This document shows positions 1 to 18,854 of a stretch of 64,000 bases of DNA, piece by piece. Within the stretch, counting starts at the first letter, position 1. Every line of letters starts with the position of its first letter. The position numbers and the translations under genes were made by a program. This stretch comes from Macrostomum lignano (lineage: Eukaryota): assembly GCA_002269645.1 (NCBI GenBank), contig NIVC01000911.1, forward strand, positions 186,001 to 250,000, given 5' to 3'. The notes beneath the pieces were generated by a model. It saw only the letters and a list, made by a program, of their open reading frames with translations. It made no database searches and was not told the origin of the DNA.

Positions 1-1490
1 GGATTTAAGGGCGATTCTTGATGGGAATTTGAGGGAGATTCTTGATGGGGATTTGAGGGAGATTCTTGATGGGGACTTGAGGGCGATTCTTGATGGGGGC
101 TTGAGGGAGATTCTTGATGGGGACTTGAGGGCGATTCTTGATGGGGACTTGAGGGAAATTCTTGATGGGGGCTTGAGAGAGATTCTTGATAGGGGCTTGA
201 GGGAGATTCTTGATGGGGGCTTGAGGGCGATTCTTGATGGGGGCTTGAGGGAGATTCTTGATGGGGGCTTGAGGGCGATTCTTGATGGGGACTTGAGGGA
301 AATTCTTGATAGGGGCTTGAGGGAGATTCTTGATAGGGGCTTGAGGGAGATTCTTGATAGGTGCTTGAGAGAGATTCTTGATGGGGGCTTGAGGGAGATT
401 CTTGATGGGGATTTGAGGCCGATTGTTGATGGGGATTTGAGGGCGATTCTTGATGGGGATTTGAGGCCGATTCTTGATGGGGATTTGAGGCCGATTCTTG
501 ATGGGAATTTGAGGCCGATTCTTGATGGGGATTTGAGGGCGATTCTTGATGGAGATTTGAGGCCGATTCTTGATGGGGATTTGAGGGCGATTCTTGATGG
601 GGATTTGAGGGCGATTCTTGATGGGGACTTGAGGGAGATTCTTGATAGGGGCTTGAGGGAGATTCTTGATGGGGGCTTGAGGGAGATTCTTGATGGGGAC
701 TTGAGGGAGATTCTTGATGGGGGCTTGAGGGCGATTCTTGATGGGGATTTGAGGCCGATTCTTGATGGGGATTTAAGGGAGATTCTTGATGGGGATTTAA
801 GGGAGATTCTTGATGGGGACTTGAGGGAGATTCTTGATAGGGGCTTGAGGGAGATTCTTGATGGGGGCTTGAGGGAGATTCTTGATGGGGACTTGAGGGA
901 GATTCTTGATGGGAATTTGAGGCCGATTCTTGATGGGGATTTAAGGGCGATTCTTGATGGGAATTTGAGGCCGATTCTTGATGGGGATTTAAGGGCGATT
1001 CTTGATGGGAATTTGAGGGCGATTCTTGATGGGGGCTTGAGGGAGATTCTTGATGGGGACTTGAGGGAGATTCTTGATAGGGGCTTGAGGGAGATTCTTG
1101 ATGGGGGCTTGAGGGAGATTCTTGATGGGGACTTGAGGGAGATTCTTGATAGGGGCTTGAGGGAGATTCTTGATAGGGGCTTGAGGGAGATTCTTGATGG
1201 GGGCTTGAGGGAAATTCTTGATGGGGGCTTGAGGGAGATTCTTGATGGGGACTTGAGGGCGATTCTTGATGGAGATTTGAGGCCGATTTTTGATGGGGAT
1301 TTAAGGGAGATTCTTGATGGGGATTTGAGGCCGATTCTTGATGGGGATTTGAGGCTGATTCTTGATGGGGATTTAAGGGAGATTCTTGATGGGGATTTGA
1401 GGCCGATTCTTGATGGGGATTTGAGGGAGATTCTTGATGGGGATTTGAGGGAGATTCTTGATTTGGACTTAAGGGGGATTTTTGATAGGA
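1..1490. repeat. 24-bp minisatellite (consensus TTGAGGGAGATTCTTGATGGGGAC), about 62 copies, runs off the window start
   Basis: Direct tandem periodicity; it produces the REILDGDL-repeat ORF 29..1519. Confidence 0.97.
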
Positions 1491-2180
1491 ATTCGATGGG
1501 ACTTTCTAAGTACTATTGATCTTCAAAGTTTTTAAATTTAAATTTTAGTCTCTAACTATAACAAGCTTGTTACTGACCAAAACTTTCATCACAAATATTT
1601 TTCCTAAATTCGGAATAAGATATTTTATGAAAGTGATGCAAATAGTCTCATTCTGTATCCTTTTTGCGTTTGCCTTCTTGTCATGGAATTTGTGTGTTTG
1701 TTTTGCTTATTTAAACTGTTTTGGTTTGGTGTTTACTTCAATTCATGTAATATAGAGCAGCTCCAGCAAGGTTTTGTGTTTTCATTTAGTTCATCAAGCA
1801 ACAAATGAGAAAGCTCACTTGTGTTGTGTCTTCATAGCATGTGTTCTGTCTGTTTTTTCCTGTCTCAAAGTTTTCTTTTCTGTCAAGGATTACTTTTTAT
1901 CAATATATTATTTAACATGCTAAATGGATACAGATTGCCACTTGTCTGTGCCGCGTTTTCTCTTATCGGAATTTAAAACAAACCGAGCCGTTTTTTTGTT
2001 TATTAAGAGCTAATCAAAAACGAAAATATAATTATATTGATGGGTTTGCATGAAACATCAGGCTCTGGTAAATTAGTATGCATTATTTTCTATTTATTTT
2101 AGATTATTTTAGATTTTTAGCGAACCAATCAGATTTAGGGTTGGAGCGTTGCCAATAAAATTTAAAATTCCTGTAAGAGA

Positions 2181-3260
2181 GCAAGCAGCCAATCAGATTT
2201 CAAGGTCAGGTTAGAGAGCAGCCAATCAGATTTCAGGGCCGAGTTAGAGAGCAGCCAATGAGAATTCAAGGTCGGGTTAGAGAGCAGCCAATGAGATTTC
2301 AAGGCCGGGTTAGAGAGCAGCCAATTAGATTTCAAGGTCGGGTTAGAGAGCAGCCAATCAGATTTCAAGGTCAGGTTAGAGAGCAGCCAATGAGATTTCA
2401 AGGTCAGGTTATTGAGCAGCCAATCAGATTTCAAGGTCAGGTTAGAGAGCAGTCAATCAGATTTCAGGGCCGGGTCAGAGAGCAGCCAATGAGATTTCAA
2501 GGTCAGGTAAGTGAGCAGCCAATCAGATTTCAAGGCCGGGTCAGAGAGCAGCCAATGAGATTTCAAGGTCGGGTTAGACAGCAGCCAATGAGAATTCAAG
2601 GTCAGGTAAGTGAGCAGCCAATCAGATTTCAAGGCCGGGTTAGAGAGCAGCCAATGAGATTTCAAGGCCGGGTTAGAGAGCAGCCAATGAGATTTCAAGG
2701 TCGGGTTAGAGAGCAGCCAATCAGATTTCAAGGTCAGGTTAGAGAGCAGCCAATCAGATTTCAAGGTCAGGTTAGAGAGCAGTCAATCAGATTTCAGGGC
2801 CGGGTCAGAGAGCAGCCAATGAGATTTCAAGGTCGGGTTAGACAGCAGCCAATGAGAATTCAAGGTCAGGTAAGTGAGCAGCCAATCAGATTTCAAGGCC
2901 GGGTCAGAGAGCAGCCAATGAGATTTCAAGGTCGGGTTAGACAGCAGCCAATGAGAATTCAAGGTCAGGTAAGTGAGCAGCCAATCAGATTTCAAGGCCG
3001 GGTTAGAGAGCAGCCAATGAGATTTCAAGGCCGGGTTAGAGAGCAGCCAATGAGATTTCAAGGTCAGGTAAGTGAGCAGCCAATCAGATTTCAAGGTCAG
3101 GTTAGAGAGCAGCCAATGAGATTTCAAGGTCAGGTTATTGAGCAGCCAATCAGATTTCAAGGTCAGGTTAGAGAGCAGTCAATCAGATTTCAAGGTCAGG
3201 TTAGAGAGCAGCCAATGAGATTTTAAGATCAGGTTAGTGAGCAGCCAATCAGATTTCAAG
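2181..3260 (+). repeat. 33-bp minisatellite (GAGCAGCCAATCAGATTTCAAGGTCAGGTTAGA), about 32 copies, nearly all with a CCAAT box
   Basis: Direct tandem periodicity; AGCCAATCAG/AGCCAATGAG core in almost every unit; ends 17 bp before the nudE ATG. Confidence 0.95.
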
Positions 3261-3277
3261 ACGATGTGATAACCCGG

Positions 3278-3743
3278 ATGTTCCTGTCTAACCAGGCTGC
3301 CTCAGACTCGCCCGCTCAGGCCAGCGGCGGCAGTTGCTGCGAAAGATGCGCCGAAGTTGAACAGATGCTGGAGGAGGCGCGCGAAGAGCTGGAGGAGTTT
3401 CAGGTGAGTGAATTTAGTAACTTTCTACTATCAGGGATTATTTGATTTTTTGATTTTTTATTTGTTTGATTGTTTTTAAATCCCAGACCAGCTCCCGGGA
3501 GCTGGAAGCGGAACTGGAGACGCAACTGCAAGCGTCTGAGCGTCGCGAGCAGGAGGCCCGCAGCGCGCTGGAGCGGTCGCACAACGAATTGCAACGGTGT
3601 CGGGAGCGATCGGAACGGCAGATTGCCAGCTTAAATGGCCAACTAAATAGCTTGCAAGATGAGCTCAATCAGGTGTGTTAGTTAGATAGTTAGATAGTTA
3701 GTTAGTCAGTCAGTCAGTTAGTTAGTGAGTTAGTTAGTCAGTC

Positions 3744-3774
<31 letters not shown>

Positions 3775-3779
3775 CAGTC

Positions 3780-3814
<35 letters not shown>

Positions 3815-3867
3815 CAGTTAGTTATTTAGTCAGTTAGTTAGTCAGTTAGTTAGTTAGTCAGTCAGTC

Positions 3868-3906
<39 letters not shown>

Positions 3907-3988
3907 CAGTTAGTCAGTTAGTCAGTCAGTTAGTTAGTTGGTTAGTTAGTTAGTTAGTTAGTTAGTTAGTCAGTTAGTCAGTCAGTTG

Positions 3989-4022
<34 letters not shown>

Positions 4023-4063
4023 CAGTCAGTTAGTTAGTTAGTTAGTTGGTCAGTCAGTTAGTC

Positions 4064-4098
<35 letters not shown>

Positions 4099-4443
4099 CA
4101 GTCAGTTAGTTAGTCAGGTAGTTAGGTAGTTAGTCAGTCAGTTAGTTAGTTAGTTAGTTGGTCAGTCAGTTAGTCAGTTAGTCAGTCAGTTAGTTAGTTA
4201 GTTAGTTAGTCAGTTAGTTAGTTAGTAAGTTAGTCAGTTAGTTAGTTAGTTGGTTGGTCAGTCAGTTAGTTAGTTAGTTAGTTAGTCAGTTAGTTAGTTA
4301 GTCAGTTAGTTAGTTAGTAAGTTAGTCAGTTAGTTAGTTGGTCAGTCAGTTAGTTAGTCAGTTAGTTAGTTAGTTAGTCAGTTAGTCAGTCAGTTAGTTA
4401 GTCAGTTAGTTAGTTAGTTGGTTGGTCAGTCAGTTAGTTAGTC

Positions 4444-4479
<36 letters not shown>

Positions 4480-4971
4480 GGTCAGTCAGTTAGTCAGTTA
4501 GTCAGTCAGTTAGTTAGTTAGTTAGTTAGTTAGTCAGTTAGTTAGTTAGTAAGTTAGTCAGTTAGTTAGTTAGTTGGTTGGTCAGTCAGTTAGTTAGTCA
4601 GTTAGTTAGTTAGTTAGTCAGTTAGTCAGTCAGTTAGTTAGTCAGTTAGTTAGTTAGTTGGTTGGTCAGTCAGTTAGTTAGTCAGTTAGTTAGTTAGTTA
4701 GTTAGTTAGTCAGTTAGTTAGTTAGTCAGTTAGTTAGTTAGTAAGTTAGTCAGTTAGTTAGTTGGTCAGTCAGTTAGTTAGTCAGTTAGTTAGTTAGTTA
4801 GTCAGTTAGTCAGTCAGTTAGTTAGTCAGTTAGTTAGTTAGTTGGTTGGTCAGTTAGTCAGTCAGTTAGTTAGTTAGTTAGTTAGTTAGTCAGTTAGTTA
4901 GTTAGTAAGTTAGTCAGTTAGTTAGTTGGTCAGTCAGTTAGTTAGTCAGTTAGTCAGTCAGTTAGTTAGTC

Positions 4972-5018
<47 letters not shown>

Positions 5019-5641
5019 CAGTCAGTTAGTCAGTCAGTTAGTTAGTTAGTTAGTCAGTTAGTCAGTCAGTTAGTTAGTTAGTTAGTCAGTTAGTCAGTTA
5101 GTCAGTCAGTTAGTTAGTTAGTCAGTTAGTTAGTCAGTCAGTTAGTTAGTTAGTCAGTTAGTAAGTTAGTCAGTTAGTTAGTTGGTCAGTCAGTTAGTTA
5201 GTCAGTTAGTCAGTCAGTTAGTTAGTCAGTTAGTTAGTTAGTTAGTTGGTCAGTCAGTCAGTCAGTTAGTTAGTCAGTTAGTCCCTCAGGTAGTAAATTA
5301 GGTCAGGCAGCCGGTCAGTACTTTTAACGCTACTCTGCCCCCATCAACCAGGTGCGGCAGGAGCGCGACAGACTCAGAGGCTGCGTGAGGGAGCTGGAGA
5401 CGCTCAATGACGATCTGGAACGGGCCAAGCGGCACACTCTGGCTTCGTTAGAAGATTTCGAACAAAAGCTCAACGCCGCTATCGAGCGGAACGCTTTCTT
5501 GGAATCTGAGCTGGACGAGAAGGCGGCTCTGGTGGAGATGGTGCAGCGATTGAAGGACGAGTCTAGAGACCTGCGCGAGGAGGTGACCGTGCAGGTGCAG
5601 ACTCGGCAGCGGATCTCCTCTACCGCCAATCAGGTGCGCGC

Positions 5642-5734
<93 letters not shown>

Positions 5735-6401
5735 GCCTGTTTGTCCGTCTTTTTGTCTGTCTGTCTGCCTGTCTGTCTGTCTGTCTGTCTGCCTGTCTGT
5801 CTGTCTGTCTGTCTGTGTCTGTCTGTCTGTCTGTCTGTCAATCTCAGCAGTAGCACCCCCTTCCACCCACCCTCTTCAGAGCTCCGTAGCCGGCAGTCCA
5901 CCCTCAAACGTGGCCACAGCCGCCGCGCAAGTGGCAGCTTCGAACAGCCAAAATCATGACAGACCCCAGCCGCACCAGCAACAGCAGGCCAGCGACTCCA
6001 CCGATAGCGACGCCAATCGGACTGCAGACCGCCAGCGCCTCGACGCGGTCAGTCAGGGCGACTCCGACGCCAATTCCGTCGGCCTGCAAACTGAGGTGGG
6101 CGGCGGCGGTGGCGGCGGAGGCGGCCCGACCAGTCTGCTGCTAAACAACGGCCAGCTTTCCGGCATCTCTGCAGATCGATTGAATCCGAATGTTCGGGTC
6201 TGCGCTCTCAATCTTGTTGGCGATTTGTTGACCAAGGTAACTGTGATTAGTTGCTGCTGATGACGTCTGTTTGGTTTGAGTACTTGGTGGACTGGGAGGG
6301 AGGGAAGTAAGACAGACAGACAGACAGACAGACAGACATTGAGACACAGACAGAAAGACAGACAGACAGACAGACAGACAGACATTGAGACACAGACAGA
6401 A

Positions 6402-6444
<43 letters not shown>

Positions 6445-6480
6445 AAGACACAGACAGAGAGACAGACAACACAGACAGAA

Positions 6481-6543
<63 letters not shown>

Positions 6544-7008
6544 AAGACACAGACAGAGAGACAGACAGACACAGACAGACAGACAGAGACAGACAGACAG
6601 ACAGACAGAAAGACAGACACAGACAGACAGTCACAGACAGACAGACAGACAGACAGACAGATAGATAGACAGACAGACAGACAGAGAGACAGATACACAG
6701 ACACAGACAGACACACAGACAGACACAGGCAGAGACAGTGCATCAAGAAGCTAAGACACTGCAATACTGAAGCACTACTCATTTTCAAGGTCGGCGCCCT
6801 GGAGTCCAAGCTGGCCTCCTGTCGCAGCTATTATGTCCGCGACCATCAGCTGCGCGCAGTCGGTCAGTCCTCTCAGCAGCAGCTCGCCAGCGTTGTGGCC
6901 GCCTCCTCTGCCGCGGCATCGCCACCGCCGCCTTCTTCGCAGTCGCAGGCGCCGGCGCCCCCTCCCCGAAGCCTGTCCATAGCGGCAAGAGAGTCCGTCA
7001 GCCCGTAG
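3278..7008 (+). CDS. nudE: NudE/NDEL1 dynein regulator; 5 exons: 3278-3403, 3487-3672, 5352-5633, 5880-6236, 6790-7008 (about 389 aa)
   Basis: The translation matches NDE1/NDEL1 motifs: [10 protein letters not shown]|[56 protein letters not shown], and the NUDE_C-like [11 protein letters not shown]|[12 protein letters not shown]. All introns are GT-AG, phase 0. The start codon and exon-4 acceptor are less certain. Confidence 0.93.
3680..5282. repeat. (GTTA/GTCA)n tetranucleotide microsatellite filling nudE intron 2
   Basis: Direct. Confidence 0.97.
5641..5839. repeat. (TGTC)n microsatellite in nudE intron 3
   Basis: Direct. Confidence 0.95.
6311..6728. repeat. (GACA)n microsatellite in nudE intron 4
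   Basis: Direct. Confidence 0.95.
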
Positions 7009-8151
7009 TGCGCTTGTACAATGCTTTTAAGTGTCCAAAAATATCCTAAATAAAATTATTCTCATCTATCTACTGAAAGTAGAAATTCAAGAAAATTTAC
7101 TGTAGAAAAAAGTCTGTATTCGGAAAAAATATTCTTGAAATACTTTTATTAGTAGTCTGTGCAGGTTTTCATCTAGGTTCAGTGTTTACAGTTTATAATT
7201 TTAGAGATTTAATTATAGTCTACAAAATGTACTTTTGCTGTGCACTTTCCTCGATTTGTATTAGTTATAAATATACTAATGTTTTAATTGACCTTCAATT
7301 GTTCCCCTATTTTTATGGTCAATTTTCTATCCTATTTTTCCTAGCTATGAATATAATTGTGTTGTGTTTCTCTTAGGTATGTTTTTTCGCATGTCATAAA
7401 ATAATATATATAATCTGTTTCATAATGTTTGCATACCTACTGGTTATTGTTATTAATATGCTAGCATTTATTAATCTCTCCAAGTGTGTGTTTGCTGCAA
7501 ATGTAAAGAAAATTTATTAATTATGATTATTATTCATTAGTTGTTATTGATTCAATTGTCTTCACTGATTAAGTGGAAGATTGACAAGCCATGGACAAAT
7601 TTAACAATGGTAATCCACGGCCATTGTGAGAGGAATTCAGCGCTGTCAGGCTAATGCTGATCGACTTAATTTGGCCTACTAATCTTCTGATGAATGATAT
7701 TGTAATGAATTATACAGCTGCTACCGTATTATGCTACTCACAAGTAGAGTTGGTACCAGCTGTTACAAATATCTACTTTGCGTATTAAACTAAATGATAA
7801 TACTTGCCTCTGATTATAAAATTAATTTTTTTTGTATCACCCGTGTGGCCGTTGGTGATTTTGGATTCAATTTGTATTGTTTATTGTATGATTGAAAAAT
7901 GTTTGCATACATCAAATTACATTACATAGCATGTCGTGGTTTTAATGTGTATATTTTGAATAGCAATGATGCTTATTTAAAGTGCATTGTGTTCGAGCTT
8001 TTGTGTTGTTCTCTTAAGCACACCCGTTATTACGGTGCGTTACGGGTTCGATTCCGGGTTTGTGCTTTTCTCTGAAACATCGCACTTTCACTGACAATCT
8101 GACGGTGAATGTTACAGAAAGAAAGTGGCACTCACAGACACGCATTAAGGA

Positions 8152-8182
<31 letters not shown>

Positions 8183-8606
8183 ACAGACAGACAGACGGAC
8201 AGACAGACAGAGAGGCAGGCAGACAGACAGAGGCAGGCAGACAGGCAGGCAGGCAGACAGACAGAGGCAGGCAGGCAGACAGACAGACAGGCAGGCAGGC
8301 AGACAGACAGAAAGGCAGACAGACAGAAAGGCAGACAGACAGAGGCAGGCAGGCAGACAGACAGAGAGACGGACAGACAGACAGAGAGGCAGGCAGACAG
8401 ACAGACAGGCAGGCAGGCAGACAGACAGAAAGACAGACAGAGTCAGGCAGGCAGGCAGACAGACAGAAAGACAGACAGAGTCAGGCAGGCAGGCAGACAG
8501 ACAGACAGACAGACAGGCAGGCAGACAGACAGACAGGCAGGCAGACAGACAGACAGACAGACAGAAAGGCAGACAGACAGAGGCAGGCAGACAGAAAGAC
8601 AGACAG
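8152..8606. repeat. (GGCA/GACA)n microsatellite, intergenic
   Basis: Direct. Confidence 0.95.
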
Positions 8607-9837
8607 ATGCTTATTAAAAGTGCTAAAGTTTTTATAGGGTGCGTTCCAGGTTCGAATCTGTAACAACGCATGAAAAGCGGTGATTTTCGAACTATATAAG
8701 GCGCTGACAAGACCGGCGCAGTCACTCCCATAATCTGTCAATGACTCAATACAGTTCTGTGCTGATGCGATTGACAGCATTCTCAAGCCACTGGAGAAGT
8801 TGGTTACAACAGGTGGAGACTGTGTTAATCAGGCTTCATTGATACGTGATGATGCAGAACACAATTTGTTTCTTGAGTCTACCAGAAAGCAGAAATGACA
8901 GCAGAGAGTTTGTAGTTGCTTCCGTTTTTGGTCTAGGAAGCCATCTGCTACTACTTAAAGTACACGATTAAAAAATAAATGAAGACTTATAAAAAATATA
9001 ATTAATGAGCATTTTTATACACAAAGTGACAAAGCTCACTCGTTAAAAAATAATATTACTTAAAGCTTTGGTTGTGAAATTGATAAAATAAAATCTATTT
9101 TCAATCAGTCGATTGGCATAATCTAGTTTTGAACAATTTACCAGCATGCTCAAATCAAATCAAGTAACAATCTAGTAAATAGAAAACTGGAAAGTGGAGC
9201 AACTCTAGGAATTGCCAAACTAATTAAAAATACTATATAAGAGAATGTGAAGCACAAGGCGGGGCTGTGAGCAATTGTTAGTGGAATACACGGTAGAAAA
9301 CATTTACACAAATATGTCAAAAGGCCCTTGCTAAACCTGTGGTAAATGGGTGTGCAAAATTCACAGGTGCGCTATCTGATTCTCAGCGGCTAAATTCGAT
9401 CAGGAAGCAGGGATTCAAAAATAGCAAATTATACAAAACAATAATAATAATAAGTTGTTCATTTTAAATTCGTTTTCTGGAGAGATTAGTGTGTAAAAAC
9501 AGTGCAAGGTGTGTACACAACAGACCCTCATCAAATTCTATAATCTAACTATAAGAAACTCAGCAATTAGCAAGAATATAAAAACATCGCAAGCAATCTA
9601 AGTTAATGCTCTAATTACCCTACTTAAAGTAGAAAAACTCGCATTTGTCAATTTTAACCGTAGATTTAAATCTGCCAGATTAAAATAATTCGCTTACTGT
9701 TCTACTGAGCGCGGTAACAGTTAGTAGGCTGCTACGTAAGACACGCGAAATTGATTGGATTCATTTAAATTTCGAATGAACCGTCAAATAATAAATCCCA
9801 CGCTGATTAAATAAAAGTCCCAGACAGCTGTCTGTCC

Positions 9838-16307
<6,470 letters not shown>

Positions 16308-18854
16308 AGCTTTGCACTTTACCAGCCTTAGTAGTCTGAGAGAGTTCTCTGTTGGGTGTTGCTGCTTCAACAAGTGCCAGTTTTAATGCTATTCGATGTT
16401 TAATATCCAAGTCATGTAGATATTCTTGAACAATTAATAGTATCTATCTTCTAGTTAAAATCTGAAATTTGAATGAAATAAGCAAGCAATAGATAAAAAA
16501 GCAATATTGTAGTAGTGGTACCTTATTTCTAGGAATTATTGTTTTTGAACTAACGCGAAAATTAATATTCTTTTGTTATAATACGCGAAATATTCTCAAG
16601 TTGTAAGAGTTTGTTTTAAATATACGCGATTGATTGGTATAAATAGGAGAGAGCCGAAGGGATGGAAGAATAACTCGTTCGTTAGCTATAAGCTCAAAAC
16701 GTGTTCGATAAACATTCTCAGATCTTTGCTCATTTTAAAAAGGTATTGAAAGCCAAGAATTGGGAATTCATGCAGAGAGAGTACTAAGAGTAATCGCTGT
16801 GACCCTCTAATCTCGGTAACGCCCAGACTGGAGAGAGAAAGTACATATACCAGTAAGACCGCTCAGGCCATATACTAAGAACGCTACCAGACTAATACAT
16901 AAGACGCTACCAGAAACGCTACTAAAAACGCTACCCAGAAAATACATGAGATTCTAAGAAACAGTTAGAAATACTAAAAGCAGAATTTAGTAACAGGGAA
17001 TTTGAAGGCCTGTCACAACTTGGTAACAGCGGTGAAATCATTTGTAGGGACAGAAGTTACCCCTGGAACAACTTGGTGTCAGCGGCTGAGAATTCTAGAC
17101 AGAGCAATTAGCCCTAGTACAATATTTTTTCAATAGAAAAAGTAGGAAAAATTCAGTTATATCTATTCATTATAAAAGCTACTATATTATCTAATAGACA
17201 CCAACAAGAATTAATCTACAAATCAAACAAAAAAGTAAATAAAAATAGAATAATGCTACAAAAATCAGGAATAAACAAGGACTAACAACCATAGCCTCAT
17301 AGGACAATTTTGCTATTAATAAGAATAATATGATTTAGTTATAATGATAATCTTGCAAAAATGCAATCAAAAAGCTTGATTTTTCATTTGCAATTTCAAA
17401 TAAAGTAAAGAACTTATTGCTTGTTTATAAAATTATAGGACAAAAATAATGTAGGATTGTAAGTGTAAGACAATTAAAATTGTCATTAGAATAGGCCCCT
17501 GCTTTACATTTTTTAAAGAACTAGCATTGTAAAACATTATTATTCAGCCATTTAAAGGCAATGATCCAGGCTTCTTCATGAATTAACTTTGATTTGTGAA
17601 TTTTTTGTAGAATAACACACATTGTGACATTACACATTGCATATATGCTCATGTCATATCATAATAATTACTAATACTATGCATTTTTAAAGCATCTACC
17701 TGCTCTGTCTCTTCCTAAAAAGCTTGCTTGCTGAAGCTTTGATTTGGCAATCCTCGGCCCGAGCAGAAACTTTTATATAGAATTGGTGTACACCATGGGT
17801 CCAAGACGAGGCCAGACCAGACAAGACAACTAGACAAGGTAGTACTAGTCTAGTCTAGACTTCTGTCTTAAAACTTAAAGTCTAAAGCTAAGAAAACTAA
17901 AATATAAAATAAAATTGATTTTTTTGAGAAGGCAATATCTTACTAACCGCGAACTCAAAATATACTGATTAGTTTTAAAAGGCCTGTATTTGATATTTCA
18001 CAAACTTCATCATGAAACTTGTTAAATAGTGGGGATTATAAGAGACCTTATTTCTCGTTTGTATCTAGTAATTAAGGCATCTTATGGTGATTAGTGATAT
18101 TTCTGTAAGCTGCTTACTTTTTAAGACGACATTTTTATTGTACTTCAAAACATTTTATTGTCAAGGTGATGCGTTAGGGCGATGATGATAAAAATATGAT
18201 TATGTTAATTTTGTTTAAAAAAGCAGAAAACTTAACGAGTTTGACCTGTTAATAGCTAAGTAACCTAAGTTCGACACATAGCAGCATACGATTGGAATTG
18301 TAAAATTGCACAGAAATTTCAAACATTTCTGTGCTTGATCATTTTATAGCCATCCATCATTAGATAACACCATCATCCCGAAAAATCATTGGCTTAGTAA
18401 TATACACCGTCTGCTTGCATCAGTTTTAATTAAAACATATTTTGTTGCACCGCTAGCGTTAAATTCTTTCCTAGCTCATCATCGTCCTTCAGCGTCTTCT
18501 ACACTGAGTGACATATATACGGACATGAAGTCAGGCACGGTGCTTCTCTTGCTGGCGATATACTTACTTCACGTCGAATTCGTACGCCATCGCAGCCTGT
18601 CAGCCCATGACATGTCGCAGTCGCCTGTGCCCTGTGCCAGCATGATGATCGGTTGAGTAAGGCCATGCAGCGAGAGGGCTAGCAGTCAGGCCCTTGTCGC
18701 TGATCCCAGAGCTTTCTCAAACGTATCCTCAGGCATGCACACTCTATATACTCTCCTTTTTGGATGAAATTGCAGAAATCTTTGACCACGCGGTTTACAT
18801 GTACTTTTACGAGGCCTAGGCCGGTTTTAGTGTAAATAGTTGAAGGGTCTGCTC

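Noticed and set aside
8030-8070. GGTTCGATTCC tRNA T-loop/B-box-like motif
   Set aside because: No cloverleaf or A-box is discernible; at most a SINE trace.
5620-8731. ORFs of VCLS, TDRQ and RQAG repeats (also 39970-40920, 41576-42187, 48959-49433, 58699-59192)
   Set aside because: They are translations of (GACA/TGTC)n microsatellites that lack stop codons.
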